Shown in pieces: positions 30,248 through 39,088 of a stretch of DNA of 47,543 bases. The position numbers and the translations under genes are program-made. Positions within the stretch are counted from its first letter, which is position 1. Each line of letters begins with the position of its first letter. Origin of the DNA: a virus (taxonomy: Duplodnaviria; Heunggongvirae; Uroviricota; Caudoviricetes); IMG/VR virus record IMGVR_UViG_2721755644_000004. One strand, written 5' to 3'. The notes beneath the pieces were generated by a model. It worked only from the letters and a program-made list of their open reading frames with translations, was not told the origin of the DNA and made no database searches.

Positions 30248-30694
30248 GGAGTTTACTCACATCTGACAAAATCAATATAAACAGCCCCTCCGGAGAGGGG
30301 CTGGAGAGTGGCGCTATGTGCCATTGCATGGTGCCGGGTGCCTCCCGGTGAATTCAGTACCAGCACCTGAATCCGCGATTATCCCATATACCTACTCGCT
30401 GATTGCCCCTCCGCACAGGGGGATTCACCATGCCAGTTTCTTTTAACAAACTCCCCGCAAACCAGACAACAGTCAACCGCCTGAATTGTGAAGTATTTAA
30501 AAATTTCTCCCGCTAACTGATACCCGGCTAACAGTCTGGCGTTTTCTTTTTCAGCAACGGGAAAGCAGCAACCACCACACCCGCCACCAGCACACCGTCA
30601 GCCAGCACTGACATTATCCGGCTGCTGCAATGCCATTCACAAAAACAGTAAGCAATCACTTTTTACCGTAACCGGTGATAATCCAGATATGTAT

Positions 30695-31051
30695 CTACCC
30701 CAGATGAGTAATCCGAAGTTCATCCATACCACAGGTCCTGGCTATTCTGTTGTACTCCTGAACAAGAGCAAATAATTCTGAATTAGCCACCATGAACTCA
30801 TCGCAAACCCTCTGTATAGCATCACTATTCAGAATAATAACGTCTCTTCCCGAAAGACGATCAGGAGTACAGAACAAAACTGTCAAACGGCTGAAGGCCT
30901 TTGCTCGTTCTGCATTGACTATATCAATACGCTGCCTAAGGATGAAACACCCCGACGCCTCATCAATATTCACTCTACCCACACCATATGAATGATAAAT
31001 ATTTAATGCTGAAAAAACCATTAGACCGTATAACAAACACTCAATCAACAC
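30695..31051 (-). CDS. Hypothetical protein (108-118 aa) in the stx-equivalent cargo slot
   Basis: ORF between tRNAs and AT-rich island, late-operon orientation; no recognisable domain. Confidence 0.4.
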   Translation of the reverse strand: MLIECLLYGLMVFSALNIYHSYGVGRVNIDEASGCFILRQRIDIVNAERAKAFSRLTVLFCTPDRLSGRDVIILNSDAIQRVCDEFMVANSELFALVQEYNRIARTCGMDELRITHLG

Positions 31052-31158
31052 TTAACAGAACTTTTATTTTTGACAAACATATAATATTTTCAACAATATC
31101 CTGAGCCAGGTATATTTCAGTATAAGGCTCTGCCGAAAGGAATCTGGAAGAATGAATA

Positions 31159-31234
31159 TGGCGCGCTGTACTGGATTCGAACCAGTGACCGATTGCTTAG
31201 AAGGCAATTGCTCTGTCCGGCTGAGCTAACAACG
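31159..31234 (-). tRNA. tRNA-Arg (anticodon UCU)
   Basis: Cloverleaf read by eye; anticodon loop cuUCUaa; GTTCGAATC T-loop; CCA end encoded; third of an Ile-Arg-Arg trio like the ileZ-argN-argO set of Stx-type phages. Confidence 0.8.
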
Positions 31235-31247
31235 CATGATGCAGATA

Positions 31248-31324
31248 ATGGACCGCCATCGGGGACTTGAACCCCGCGCAGCCAGCTTCGAAGGCTGGCG
31301 CTCTTTCCTGATGAGCTAATGGCG
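31248..31324 (-). tRNA. tRNA-Arg (anticodon UCG)
   Basis: Anticodon loop cuUCGaa; T-arm GGGGTTCAAGTCCCC; CCA encoded; ends uncertain by +/-2 nt. Confidence 0.75.
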
Positions 31325-31331
31325 GTATGTG

Positions 31332-31408
31332 ATGGTGGCCCTTGCTGGATTTGAACCAGCGACCTGGCGATTATGAGTCGCTCGCTCTCACCACTGAGCT
31401 AAAGGGCC
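31332..31408 (-). tRNA. tRNA with CAU anticodon (Ile2/lysidine-type or Met)
   Basis: 5' GGCCCTTTAGCTCAGTGG..., anticodon loop cuCAUaa, GGTTCAAATCC T-loop, CCA encoded. Confidence 0.8.
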
Positions 31409-31440
31409 GGGAGCAGAATAATAACGGTCCGTAATTAATT

Positions 31441-31471
31441 CCGCAATAAAAAACCCGCTCGGCGGCGGGTT
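31441..31471 (-). terminator. tR'-like intrinsic terminator downstream of PR'
   Basis: Minus strand AACCCGC-cgccga-GCGGGTT followed by TTTTTTATT. Confidence 0.7.
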
Positions 31472-31518
31472 GTAGAAACTCTTATAACGTCAGGCATAAA
31501 AAGCCCATTGTTATGACG

Positions 31519-31546
31519 AATTTACCACAGATTCCGGAAAAATCAA
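31519..31546 (-). promoter_or_regulatory. PR'-like late promoter (-35 TTGATT, 16-nt spacer, -10 TAAATT) just downstream of Q; qut expected here
   Basis: Hexamers read on minus strand; position matches the lambda PR'/qut/tR' arrangement. Confidence 0.6.
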
Positions 31547-31551
31547 CCTTG

Positions 31552-32373
31552 TTACCTAGTTACCTTTTTTAACTGCCGCTCAGCCCATGCTTCTTCAATA
31601 TCAAACCGGGTCACCAGCGCATCATAGAATTTCTTAACTGTTTTTTCCCATGACGCGCGTGTTATCTGGTTTGTCACCTCGCATATAGCATTAAATGCCT
31701 CCGTTGATGGTAGTCTTTCATAGCCACGACCACCACAACGCTGGCAGTCTCTGATAACAGGCATACCACGTTTTACCGACTCTTCACGATGAATGGCGAC
31801 ACCACGCCCACGGCAATCCTTACAGGCGGTGGAAACCTCACCCTTTCCGCCACACTCCGGACAGGCAACTTTTACCACCTCCCTGACTTTTTTCCATTCT
31901 TCCCAGTAAGACGAATACACACCTTTCGTACACTTTGCCCATACCGGCGGCTTACCATCCGGATACTGGACCTTGTTTGTAAAAACTACGCTTTCAATAA
32001 ATTTTTCCCCATAGCAACAAGGGCACTGCTTTTTACTCGCTGCGCTGCGGGCATAATCCTCAAAAGCGTACGAAGCCATAATGCGCATCACTACCGGTTT
32101 TATTTCTGCCGGAAGTTTTCTCAACGCCGCCACACGATCGCACCGACTGAGTGCATAATCTGCCAGTAATTCTGTTGCCCGCGCCCTGTCATTCATACTG
32201 ATGCCCATTTTCCCCAGGAACGCAGAAAAACCCATCTCAGCCCGATTCTGTGTCATGCCCTGCGCGGCCATCACATCAGTGATACTCAGCGCATCTTTTG
32301 ACGTTGAGGCCGATGCATCGGTCAGGCCAGGGGATTTTGGGGAGTAGTATTTCGGTAAATCTTCCAGTTTCAT
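31552..32373 (-). CDS. Late-gene antiterminator Q (long Q82/Qin QuuQ-like type with Cys-rich zinc-binding motifs)
   Basis: 273 aa immediately upstream of PR'/tR'; CPCCYG...CPECGGKGE...CKDCRGRG...CQRCGGRG motifs; call is largely positional. Confidence 0.6.
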   Translation of the reverse strand: MKLEDLPKYYSPKSPGLTDASASTSKDALSITDVMAAQGMTQNRAEMGFSAFLGKMGISMNDRARATELLADYALSRCDRVAALRKLPAEIKPVVMRIMASYAFEDYARSAASKKQCPCCYGEKFIESVVFTNKVQYPDGKPPVWAKCTKGVYSSYWEEWKKVREVVKVACPECGGKGEVSTACKDCRGRGVAIHREESVKRGMPVIRDCQRCGGRGYERLPSTEAFNAICEVTNQITRASWEKTVKKFYDALVTRFDIEEAWAERQLKKVTR

Positions 32374-32387
32374 TTTTTGACCTGCTC

Positions 32388-32750
32388 TTAATGCATTATG
32401 GGGTAAATCTTCACCCCCAGACGTCCACCAGATACTGGCTGACCACGAACGATATTGATTTCATCAAACTGCTCATCGTCCATTAACACTCCCGCATGCG
32501 TCAGCGCATCCAGCGGTGCTTTCAGGATATTGTCCAGGTCGCGACGACGCTTATCCGGTGGCTCTGCAATCACCTTTATCGCCAGCCTTCCGGACAGGTT
32601 TAATTTCAGCCGCTGCTGGCGAACAATTAGCGCCACATCACGGCGATAACGCTTTCCGGCCTCCGAGATGAAATACGTATTGCCATGACGTCGCCAGTAG
32701 GTATTCACCGTCGGCGGGTAAGGCAAAACAAATTCTATGCGTTCAGTCAT
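32388..32750 (-). CDS. rusA: Holliday junction resolvase RusA
   Basis: 120 aa; ..LPYPPTVNTYWR......ISEAGK.YR..VA.IV.....K.....L.I.V....PDKRRRDLDNILKA.LDALT.AGV..DD.Q.... RusA signature including DKRRRDLDN. Confidence 0.88.
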   Translation of the reverse strand: MTERIEFVLPYPPTVNTYWRRHGNTYFISEAGKRYRRDVALIVRQQRLKLNLSGRLAIKVIAEPPDKRRRDLDNILKAPLDALTHAGVLMDDEQFDEINIVRGQPVSGGRLGVKIYPIMH

Positions 32751-33809
32751 TCATGCTTTCCACTTCAGGACACCCGAATTTCTCGCGTGCATTAAAAAAC
32801 GAATCAGCAACAACAGCTGGCTGCCGTGTTTTTCTTCAAAATCTTTTACCCCGGCGTGCAGTTCGTTATGACATTTACGGCACAGCGGAATAACAAACAA
32901 ATCATCAGCCTTTGTTCCCATACCTCCCAGGCCATGACCAATGATGTGATGCGGATCATCTGCCTGATTACCGCACGTCATGCATTTCTGCGTTTTTACC
33001 CAGCGCGTGTATACAGGCATCTCTTCCCGTTGTGGTTTCTGGCGCTGGAGATACTGAGCCGGAGACTCCGGATCAACGGCGATGCTTACTAACGTCTTTT
33101 CCTGGAGTGGGGGCTGTTGCTGGTGGACGTGAAGTGGCAGCGCAATATTTTTTGTGCGCTGCTTCAGTATGCTGGTGGCAGTCTGTTCTCCCGGTACGAT
33201 GTCACTCTCACGGTATACGGAGCGGATTTTTTCCACCGGTAATCCCAGTGAACGACACAATACAGACTCCGGAAGCGCATCAGCCACCTGATTGCAGACC
33301 GCCCACCAGGATAATTCGGCCAGCGATAACTCCCTCTCCTGCGTACCGCTGATTGCGTGACGGATGACGTCAATCATCCATGCTGACAAGTTTTGGTGAG
33401 CAAGTTGCTCAAGTGATTCTGAGGTCTGGTCACACAACTGGTTGTCGCAGTGCCAGCACAACACCATTGCGCCGGTACCATAACGGTGAATGACGGTTTC
33501 ACTGTGGTGATAATCACCGTGTGGCCACTGGCAGGATTTAATATGGCGCAACAGCCAGTCAGACAGTGCACCAGCGCCGCCAGCAGCACGAATCACACGC
33601 TCATTGCTGAAAAATGGCAGTAATGATTTATCCTCCGCCAGCGGCTGGCGAACGGCAGGGACGACTCCGGATGGCAGGCCGCACATGCTTTTCGGTTCCG
33701 GCTCCACCAGCACTCGAGGATTATGAAATATCTGTATGGATTCACGGCCCGGCTTAAGGACCACCAGCCTAAGCTCAGGCACCAGAACAGGTCTAAGTAA
33801 TACCCGCAC
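32751..33809 (-). CDS. DUF968-like protein (Qin YdfU-like) with C-terminal Cys/His zinc-binding HNH-like motif
   Basis: 352 aa; C-terminus CMTCGNQADDPHHIIGHGLGGMGTKADDLFVIPLCRKCHNELHAG; position next to rusA/Q as in Qin; start may be internal. Confidence 0.6.
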   Translation of the reverse strand: MRVLLRPVLVPELRLVVLKPGRESIQIFHNPRVLVEPEPKSMCGLPSGVVPAVRQPLAEDKSLLPFFSNERVIRAAGGAGALSDWLLRHIKSCQWPHGDYHHSETVIHRYGTGAMVLCWHCDNQLCDQTSESLEQLAHQNLSAWMIDVIRHAISGTQERELSLAELSWWAVCNQVADALPESVLCRSLGLPVEKIRSVYRESDIVPGEQTATSILKQRTKNIALPLHVHQQQPPLQEKTLVSIAVDPESPAQYLQRQKPQREEMPVYTRWVKTQKCMTCGNQADDPHHIIGHGLGGMGTKADDLFVIPLCRKCHNELHAGVKDFEEKHGSQLLLLIRFLMHARNSGVLKWKA

Positions 33810-33810
33810 G

Positions 33811-34083
33811 TTACCTCCAGATCCGTTGCTGGAAAGTGCGGGACGGACGTGGTGGGCGTTCGGAATAAGGCAGCCTGACAGAGATTATCCAGTGCCGATA
33901 GTCGAGACTGAGAGCTTTCTTAACCTCGAACCCGCGCCTGCGGTAAGAATGAATCAGCCATTCGGCCTGTTCTTCAGTACATGGTGGGTGTTGGTACCAG
34001 TCGGTTTTAAATGCGTGTGAACGCCGCTCATGCCGGATGGCAAGGTCGGTATCAGAATTGTGAAATTTGGTTTTGTGCGCCAT
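33811..34083 (-). CDS. Hypothetical protein (90 aa), Rem-like by position
   Basis: ORF between hok and the DUF968 gene; no domain recognised. Confidence 0.4.
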   Translation of the reverse strand: MAHKTKFHNSDTDLAIRHERRSHAFKTDWYQHPPCTEEQAEWLIHSYRRRGFEVKKALSLDYRHWIISVRLPYSERPPRPSRTFQQRIWR

Positions 34084-34162
34084 CTGTTTTCTCTGCTGGC
34101 GCAGCAGGTGTCAGGTGTTCAGGCTGACGTGCGAATTGTAAACCAGAATGCCAGGAAAAAAC

Positions 34163-34183
34163 AAAACCCGCCGAAGCGGGTTA
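34163..34183 (-). terminator. Intrinsic terminator 3' of hok (AACCCGC-ttcg-GCGGGTT + T-tract on minus strand)
   Basis: Read from sequence. Confidence 0.6.
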
Positions 34184-34250
34184 AGTGCGGGTGCGTTGAG
34201 GATGCCTGACACATCAGAGGTGGCGAGGGATTTCTCCCCCGCCAGGTCTC

Positions 34251-34406
34251 TTACTCCTCAGGTTCGTAAGCTGTGAAGACAGCGACCTCCGTCTGGCCGG
34301 TTCGGATTCGTACCTCGCAGAGGTCTTTCCTCGTTACCAGTGCCGTCACTATGACGGTTAAACAGATGACGATCAGGGCGATTAACATCGCCTTTTGCTG
34401 CTTCAT
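34251..34406 (-). CDS. hokD: Hok/Gef-family type I toxin (51 aa, HokD/RelF-like)
   Basis: MKQQKAMLIALIVICLTVIVTALVTRKDLCEVRIRTGQTEVAVFTAYEPEE; single TM plus LCE(V/I)R motif typical of Hok; not in ORF track because under 60 aa. Confidence 0.85.
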   Translation of the reverse strand: MKQQKAMLIALIVICLTVIVTALVTRKDLCEVRIRTGQTEVAVFTAYEPEE

Positions 34407-34462
34407 AGCCTGCTTCTCCTTGACCTTTCGGTCCGTAAGAGGCTAATCTCTATGTGTCGCAT
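34403..34462 (-). CDS. mok-like upstream ORF (19 codons) overlapping hok start with ATGA
   Basis: Short ORF ending at the hok ATG; in Hok/Sok loci the Sok antisense RNA and fold-back elements lie in this leader (34407-34600), not mapped precisely. Confidence 0.4.
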   Translation of the reverse strand: MRHIEISLLRTERSRRSRL

Positions 34463-34664
34463 AGATATGGCCTCAGATTAATGTTAAGCGTCTTGCAGGA
34501 CGCGTAATGTTAACTGGGGCTTTTCTCTATCTGCCTTTTGGTGTTCATGCCTGAGACAGATAGCCTCAAGCACCCGCAGTCATTCTACTTAACTAAGATT
34601 TCCCCGCAAACCGTTTTTGTCCGGCACAGTAAATATCCAACTAAACCAATGGCGTTCGCTGTAT

Positions 34665-34883
34665 TTACCGCCAGTATTCAATGCACATGACCGCCATGAA
34701 CACCCCTAAAAAAAGGGCATTTATATGTCCAAACATTAATATCAAAACATCAACTTTTTCCATATACCTTGCTGTGAAGATGATGGGCATACATGATGCG
34801 AACAACCAGAACGCAACAAACAAAAACTGCAATGCGTTTTTCATTATTCCCCCTACAATCAATGTGCAATAACATTTAAACAC
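34665..34883 (-). CDS. AT-rich small hydrophobic ORF (two predicted TM segments); may be non-coding
   Basis: ORF in very AT-rich segment beside hok; both strands give ORFs of dubious composition. Confidence 0.2.
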   Translation of the reverse strand: MFKCYCTLIVGGIMKNALQFLFVAFWLFASCMPIIFTARYMEKVDVLILMFGHINALFLGVFMAVMCIEYWR

Positions 34884-35014
34884 ACCTCAATTTGGCCGGA
34901 CATATAAATATCTAAACCAGAAAAAATCACTTACATAGCGTTACAAACTCTTTAGTCTAAATATTCATCGCAAAATATTCCCCATACTTATCAGCCCGTT
35001 CTGCGCCAGGTAGC

Positions 35015-35329
35015 TCATTGCCTTATCTGGGAATCTGTAATCAGGTTTCCGGATGCTGGTGGATTTTCGCGTTTTAGTTGTTCATAAAAGTGCACAGCTT
35101 TAACCAGTTCTTCTGATGTCACCGGAACTGGCGGGGCAGCGAATAAGGCCTGAATTTCATAGTTCGGCCTGTCGTTGCAATCCTCTTTTGTCGGTACATA
35201 TTTCCAGTCACCAACCCACAGATTCTCCTGAAAGTCCGTAACGCCTTTTTTCACGTAGCGATATCGCCATGCAACTGGTTTTGCCTGCCCTGCCGTTTCA
35301 TGCCCTTCCTGATAATTAATCTCGCTCAT
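35015..35329 (-). CDS. Hypothetical nin-region protein (104 aa) starting MSEINYQ
   Basis: ORF with ATGA overlap to upstream gene; shares N-terminus and 5' DNA with the gene at 36105-36728. Confidence 0.55.
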   Translation of the reverse strand: MSEINYQEGHETAGQAKPVAWRYRYVKKGVTDFQENLWVGDWKYVPTKEDCNDRPNYEIQALFAAPPVPVTSEELVKAVHFYEQLKRENPPASGNLITDSQIRQ

Positions 35330-35502
35330 TCATCGCCCCACTCATCACAATATGCTTCGACCGGAGTTTTTCCTGCTTCATAATCATCACGCCATGCTTC
35401 AGCATCAGCAGCACTGCCACCACGTAACTCTGCATAGTCCATTAACAGTTCATGCCATGCTTCAAAACTGACGTTGTATTTAGTTGAACCAAAATCAGCC
35501 AT
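35326..35502 (-). CDS. Hypothetical small protein (58 aa)
   Basis: MADFGSTKYNVSFEAWHELLMDYAELRGGSAADAEAWRDDYEAGKTPVEAYCDEWGDE; translationally coupled at both ends. Confidence 0.45.
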   Translation of the reverse strand: MADFGSTKYNVSFEAWHELLMDYAELRGGSAADAEAWRDDYEAGKTPVEAYCDEWGDE

Positions 35503-35677
35503 TTTGCTCTTCCTCTTCGTCTTTTATTTCGTGATATGAGTAATTGCAGTAGTTAAAGAAAATATCTTTTGCTTCGTCATGTATTTCATCAGGCGTCGCA
35601 TCATCATCCACTTCGAATTCATCCTCGAAATCTCCACCGGCTATTCCCGTTTCAATAATTATTTTAAACTTTCGCAT
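35495..35677 (-). CDS. Hypothetical acidic protein (60 aa)
   Basis: ORF in operon context. Confidence 0.4.
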   Translation of the reverse strand: MRKFKIIIETGIAGGDFEDEFEVDDDATPDEIHDEAKDIFFNYCNYSYHEIKDEEEEQNG

Positions 35678-35770
35678 TTAACTACCGCCCTTTCGGGCGG
35701 CCTCCTGATGTTCTGAGGGTGCAGAAATCCCTCCGGTTAAGGATTAAATTTTTAACAGAGCTAAATTTAA

Positions 35771-36127
35771 TTATTCAGTTCTGGATTTTGTCGCCCTGCG
35801 TATCCGCGCTTTCGCGTTACGCTCAATCTGAATTAGCTTTTCTATATTTTTTCGCCTTTCCCGCTCCTCCTGACGCAAGAGCCTTACATCATCTGCCAGT
35901 CTGGTTTCTCTTTTCGCCACAGAGAGCATCCAGTCAAATGGTTCCACAACTGCACCGCAGATTTTACAGCGGACCTGACGCTCTTTTTCGTCAACCCGGA
36001 CAGAGGCGTGATGACAATATGGTCTTTCCGATGGCTCATAAAGAAAATTAACCTGATTACGAGGGTCATCCTCTTTTACCGGAAATAAAACGATATTGCT
36101 TAACTCATCCTCTGGTTTTATTTCCAT
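35771..36127 (-). CDS. Hypothetical protein with zinc-ribbon-like CHH...CKIC motif (118 aa)
   Basis: Internal start MEIKPEDEL chosen to avoid overlap with upstream gene. Confidence 0.45.
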   Translation of the reverse strand: MEIKPEDELSNIVLFPVKEDDPRNQVNFLYEPSERPYCHHASVRVDEKERQVRCKICGAVVEPFDWMLSVAKRETRLADDVRLLRQEERERRKNIEKLIQIERNAKARIRRATKSRTE

Positions 36128-36728
36128 GCTCCTCTCCTTTGATGCGAATGCCAGCGACGCGTAATGCGTGTTCCAGGTCAATCAGGTAAAGCCAACTGCC
36201 ATTTTCTTTAGGTATCATGACATGTCGCTCATCTGCATTTATCGGGTGTCCATATCGAAGGTCGTAGCGAGTCGGTAATTGAACTTCCCGCGCTTCCAGT
36301 TCAGCAATACGCTTGCACCCATCAGAGATAACTCCCTCGTAATACTCGCGCTGCTCGTTGAGTTTTGATTTTGCTGCTTCAAGCTCAACGAGCAGCTTCC
36401 CAACCGTAAGCGCAATATCCTCGTTCTCCTGGTCGCGGCGTTTGATGTATTGCTGGTTTCTTTCCTGTTCATCCAGCAGTGCCAGCACGGTAGCCGGGTT
36501 AGCCTCTGCTATGAACTCAGCGTTTGCATAAGCCTGAGCATCTGTTTCAATCAGGCAGTTAACATGACGTTCCGCAATCACGCCACCGGGTTCTCCTTTC
36601 CATTTTTGACAAACAAAAACTCCTGTTAAATTGCCGTGTTGGTTAACAGATGTATGCCCTACGATGTAGCTTCCTTTAGTTGCTTTCTCTGCCTTTTCAC
36701 GCAGTACCTGATAGTTAATCTCGCTCAT
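36105..36728 (-). CDS. Ead/Ea22-like coiled-coil protein (207 aa from MSEINYQ start)
   Basis: Typical early-region position; coiled-coil middle; family name from memory. Confidence 0.5.
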   Translation of the reverse strand: MSEINYQVLREKAEKATKGSYIVGHTSVNQHGNLTGVFVCQKWKGEPGGVIAERHVNCLIETDAQAYANAEFIAEANPATVLALLDEQERNQQYIKRRDQENEDIALTVGKLLVELEAAKSKLNEQREYYEGVISDGCKRIAELEAREVQLPTRYDLRYGHPINADERHVMIPKENGSWLYLIDLEHALRVAGIRIKGEEHGNKTRG

Positions 36729-36984
36729 TTTTCTCTTCATTCCGGTATACAAGAATTACAACGTCACCTCTGCTAATTACGCGAGCTGGATCCCCTGGTT
36801 CCATGCTGTCAATCCCGAAGGCTTCGAAAAATGCATCCATTGCCTTCTGGCGTTGCTCCTGCTTACGGCGTTTATTCCATTTTTGAACAACAGTGACAGC
36901 CATCGTCCGCTGCAGAACATGATGTAGAAATAACCAAGAAGTGCCAGGCCGGTGTTCAGGGCCATATCAATCGTTATCGCCGGG

Positions 36985-37287
36985 TCAATATTCACTGCCC
37001 ACCTCCTGAAAAATCACCGCATGGCCCAGTTTCTCCGCCAGTGCCAGCTCAGCCCTTGCACCTGCCGACTGCTGCCAGCCTTTCAGCATGTAAACCGCAT
37101 CCACGCAACGGAGCATTGCCATGCAAATATCCATGTAGTGTGGTTGAGTCAGCCCGTCCGGAAGTACTGCCGGGTTTAAAACGGTATGCCCTTCCCGTTT
37201 CAGCGCATCTTCCGCCCTGTGAAACGCCTCGCGGTTGAAATTTTCATATCCCGTCATCGGACCGGCGATATAAATCCTCACCCTCAC
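36985..37287 (-). CDS. DUF4406-like protein (nucleoside 2-deoxyribosyltransferase-like fold family)
   Basis: MRVRIYIAGPMTGYENFNREAFHRAEDALKREGHTVLNPA... pattern typical of DUF4406. Confidence 0.55.
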   Translation of the reverse strand: MRVRIYIAGPMTGYENFNREAFHRAEDALKREGHTVLNPAVLPDGLTQPHYMDICMAMLRCVDAVYMLKGWQQSAGARAELALAEKLGHAVIFQEVGSEY

Positions 37288-37538
37288 TCCTGAACCCTCC
37301 TGTCGAAATAAACGTAGTTATTCACTGCGCCCAACTTCATCCCAAACTTTTCGGCAATTTCCCGTCGGGGTACGCCACGCTGATGCAGTTGCCGCGCCAG
37401 CTCAATATCACGCTGTGAATATTTTGCCGACGGGTGAAAATCACCCCGTAAAATCATGCTGATACCCAGTTCCCGCGCTTTCGTCCTGACGGCTGACTCA
37501 CTACGACCAATCAGATAACCGATGCTTTCGACTCTCAT
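37284..37538 (-). CDS. Hypothetical HTH-like protein (84 aa from internal start MRVESIGY...)
   Basis: Track ORF overlaps upstream gene; trimmed to ATG at 37538. Confidence 0.4.
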   Translation of the reverse strand: MRVESIGYLIGRSESAVRTKARELGISMILRGDFHPSAKYSQRDIELARQLHQRGVPRREIAEKFGMKLGAVNNYVYFDRRVQE

Positions 37539-37597
37539 CGTTCCCGCACACTGCCGGAGTATCAGGATTTCAGCCCAGCGCCACTTCTTCCAGCCAC

Positions 37598-38314
37598 TCA
37601 CCGCTGCTGCTCTCTGGTGGCGGTAATATCCCGGAGAATATCCCTGTGTTTGTTCAGTTCCCGCAGCGCAGCACAGACTCGCTCCCACTTCTGGACATCA
37701 CTTTTCGCCCGGCGCAGCTCGCGGTTAGCCACATGCAGCGATGGTAGAATCAGGTCATCTGCTTTCATTTCGGTGATCGATGGCTGTAACCTCACAATGT
37801 CTTCCACGATTTCTGTTTTCATTTCTTCCTGTGCCATCATTTCCTGTACTGGTAACGCAACACCTGCTGGCTGAGGAAAGGCTTTACCATCGGTTTCCGC
37901 TACGGATGCAGCTTCCGGCTCTGCCGGTAAATCAGCGCCCGGTATGCAGTAACGAAATTTACCGCCCTGATTCACGCGAATCAGACGCCCTTTGCTGATT
38001 GCCATGGCCAGCGATGAATTCGCCCGGCGCGAGGTAATCCCGAACATCAGTGCCAGCTCATCCGCCGTTTGTGGGCCATGTTGTTCAATCGCCTCAGTCA
38101 GCATTTGCGCTGTCACTTTCGGTACCGGTGACACCGGTTCACTTTCACCAGCCTGAATCAGCCACCACATCGAACCCTTGTTATCCGCTTCACCGCGGCG
38201 CTTCAGTTTCCACAGTTCGTTGACCGCATCTTCACGGCTGATTCCAAGGCGGGCCGCCACTACCTGTGAAGAGGCTCTTTTCAGTGCTTTCAGTGCGTCA
38301 GATACGGTTTCCAT
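37598..38314 (-). CDS. Hypothetical early protein (238 aa; DUF1627-like)
   Basis: Position after DnaC-like gene; N-terminal HTH-like segment; family from memory. Confidence 0.5.
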   Translation of the reverse strand: METVSDALKALKRASSQVVAARLGISREDAVNELWKLKRRGEADNKGSMWWLIQAGESEPVSPVPKVTAQMLTEAIEQHGPQTADELALMFGITSRRANSSLAMAISKGRLIRVNQGGKFRYCIPGADLPAEPEAASVAETDGKAFPQPAGVALPVQEMMAQEEMKTEIVEDIVRLQPSITEMKADDLILPSLHVANRELRRAKSDVQKWERVCAALRELNKHRDILRDITATREQQR

Positions 38315-38335
38315 TAATATTTCCTCCGGACAAAA

Positions 38336-39082
38336 TTACTTCACAACCCTCATATTGCTGACATTTGGACGCCAGCTATCCCAGTTAAACGTCACCCATC
38401 GACCACCGTTCATGGTCATGCGGTCCATAATCCTCTCACCAAGAAGCGTACTCATTGCGGCATGATTCAGGTTTGTTAACATCCCGACACTGCACAGTGA
38501 TGCTGTCCGGCGATCAATTATCTGGTGCAATACCACCTGCTCGTTTTTCGTCTCCCGCTGAACGCCTATTTCATCCAGGACCAGCAAATCAACCCCGCAA
38601 AGCTCCTGTAAAAATTTTTCCCCGGATTTGCCGTTGTCGTAGCTGTCATGCAACACGCTCATGACGTCAGACACGGTGACGATAATCACGCTGCGCCCCT
38701 TCACCATCAGCCGGTTGCCCATCGCCGCTGCAAGGTGATTTTTCCTGGTGCCGGTTTTACCGCTGAACACAAAATTCGTGCACCCGGTCATCAGTTCGTC
38801 AGCTATGGATTTGGCCTGGCTCAGCGCGTATTTTTGCCCGTCGTTCTGCACCTGATAATTTGCAAACGAGCATTTGCTGTGCAGAGGCTGGATGCCCGAA
38901 CGATTCAGGATTTTTTCCACCCGCAACTGGCGATTCTGGCGGTTAATCTCCTCGCTGCGTTTTCGTCCTTCAGCAAGTTGCCATTCCCGCCACTCCTCCA
39001 CCGTCCGGTACGGTGGAACCGACCCCTGTGGTGCAAGTCTGCGAATACGTTCAAGAACCCCAACTGCCGCAATGTTTTTCAT
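38336..39082 (-). CDS. DnaC-like helicase loader (IstB-type AAA+ ATPase)
   Basis: Walker A FSGKTGTRKNHLAAAMG, Walker B LLVLDEIG; position after O-like gene. Confidence 0.85.
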   Translation of the reverse strand: MKNIAAVGVLERIRRLAPQGSVPPYRTVEEWREWQLAEGRKRSEEINRQNRQLRVEKILNRSGIQPLHSKCSFANYQVQNDGQKYALSQAKSIADELMTGCTNFVFSGKTGTRKNHLAAAMGNRLMVKGRSVIIVTVSDVMSVLHDSYDNGKSGEKFLQELCGVDLLVLDEIGVQRETKNEQVVLHQIIDRRTASLCSVGMLTNLNHAAMSTLLGERIMDRMTMNGGRWVTFNWDSWRPNVSNMRVVK

Positions 39083-39088
39083 GACACG

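Noticed and set aside
29670-31150. Shiga toxin genes at the canonical stx locus
   Set aside because: No ORF here resembles StxA (RNA N-glycosidase) or StxB (~70-aa pentamer subunit with signal peptide); locus carries other cargo
34681-34872. 63-aa plus-strand ORF in AT-rich segment near hok
   Set aside because: Overlaps an equally weak minus-strand ORF; AT-rich DNA gives long spurious ORFs; kept only as low-confidence note
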